From Eledone cirrhosa (lineage: Eukaryota): a DNA stretch of 64,000 nt. Made by a program: the position numbers and the translations under genes. Within the stretch, counting starts at the first letter, position 1; each line of letters starts with the position of its first letter. Shown in pieces: positions 63,320 through 64,000 of this stretch. Below the pieces are notes generated by a model that saw only the letters and a program-made list of their open reading frames with translations, made no database searches and was not told where the DNA came from. The DNA is taken from positions 26,102,001 to 26,166,000 of the forward strand of contig OZ024751.1 of NCBI GenBank assembly GCA_964016885.1. The letters run 5' to 3'.

Positions 63320-64000
63320 AGGATAAAGGCCTTCGCGTCGTGCAGCAACAGGTGGGCCGTGTGTTTTTATGTGGTGGGTGACGTCGTGTTTTACAGGGCA
63401 GGTGTTAAATACTGGTCGAGTTACATCTGGGTATTCTTTGAGTATAGAACTATGCCGGGTTGTTGTTGACGATTGTAAAATAACTGGACTGACTGTGGCT
63501 GTCCGAGCGGCTATACCGCGCACAGTGAGACCAGTGGAGTCATCGGTTTTTTAGGTCCACTAGTAGTGAGAAGTGCTGAAGAAAATCAGCTCCTAAAATA
63601 GGGGTCACAACGAATACCCACTGGAAGGTGCGGCATAGTCCTAAATTCAGTGTCGGATTCCGTAGGTTGGAATAGGCGAATGATTCACCGCTTGGAGCCA
63701 GACTGGTGTTTCCTTTTTCCAGGAAACCGGGATAATGCTGACTTCGGCACCGGTGTTGACCAGGAAATGCGTCCCTGTGACACAATCTCGAATGAAAAAC
63801 GGGCGACTTTGGTTATTAGGGCCAGAAACGTTTGTCGCATACAGTTCTTGGCTGTGTCGTTTCCCTGATTCGATACCAACACAAATGAACAGGGAGGGCT
63901 GCACTTGCGCGCCCATCTTCCAAATTTTTGGTGGTACCAACACATTGCTGGCGAATAACAGGATACACTCGGACTTCTAGAGCGACCACCGGATTGTCGA
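63320..64000 (-). mobile_element. Degenerate Ty3/Gypsy LTR retrotransposon gag-protease fragment
   Basis: CWYHQKFG..ARKC.PPC knuckle, FLV(N)TGAEVSIIP protease motif, PILGADFL..F.LLVDLK, VKHDVTHHI; frameshifted. Confidence 0.85.

Overview
AT-rich, microsatellite-dense animal genomic DNA. The repeat landscape suggests a coleoid cephalopod, probably Octopus; this is inference. I reconstructed two divergently oriented spliced genes by hand from splice signals, reading-frame continuity and protein motifs. (1) Minus strand, 13 coding exons from 23112 to 446, continuing off the left edge: a type II membrane protein with two tandem ILEI/PANDER (FAM3/POMGNT1-stem) domains, probably POMGNT1-like. (2) Plus strand, 10 coding exons from 44927 to 59160 (611 aa): DONSON, with a CRE plus palindromic E2F promoter and a clear U12-type (minor spliceosome) intron. 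The rest is degenerate RTE and R4-like LINEs, Penelope-like remnants carrying hammerhead-ribozyme motifs, two tRNA-derived SINE families, piggyBac/hAT/mariner-type MITEs, a Gypsy fragment, long micro/minisatellites and many fold-back inverted repeats. These include oppositely oriented MITE pairs bracketing DONSON exons and a ~560-bp inverted duplication that holds both the empty and the filled site of a SINE insertion. Most supplied ORFs are repeat artefacts. No database searches were run.
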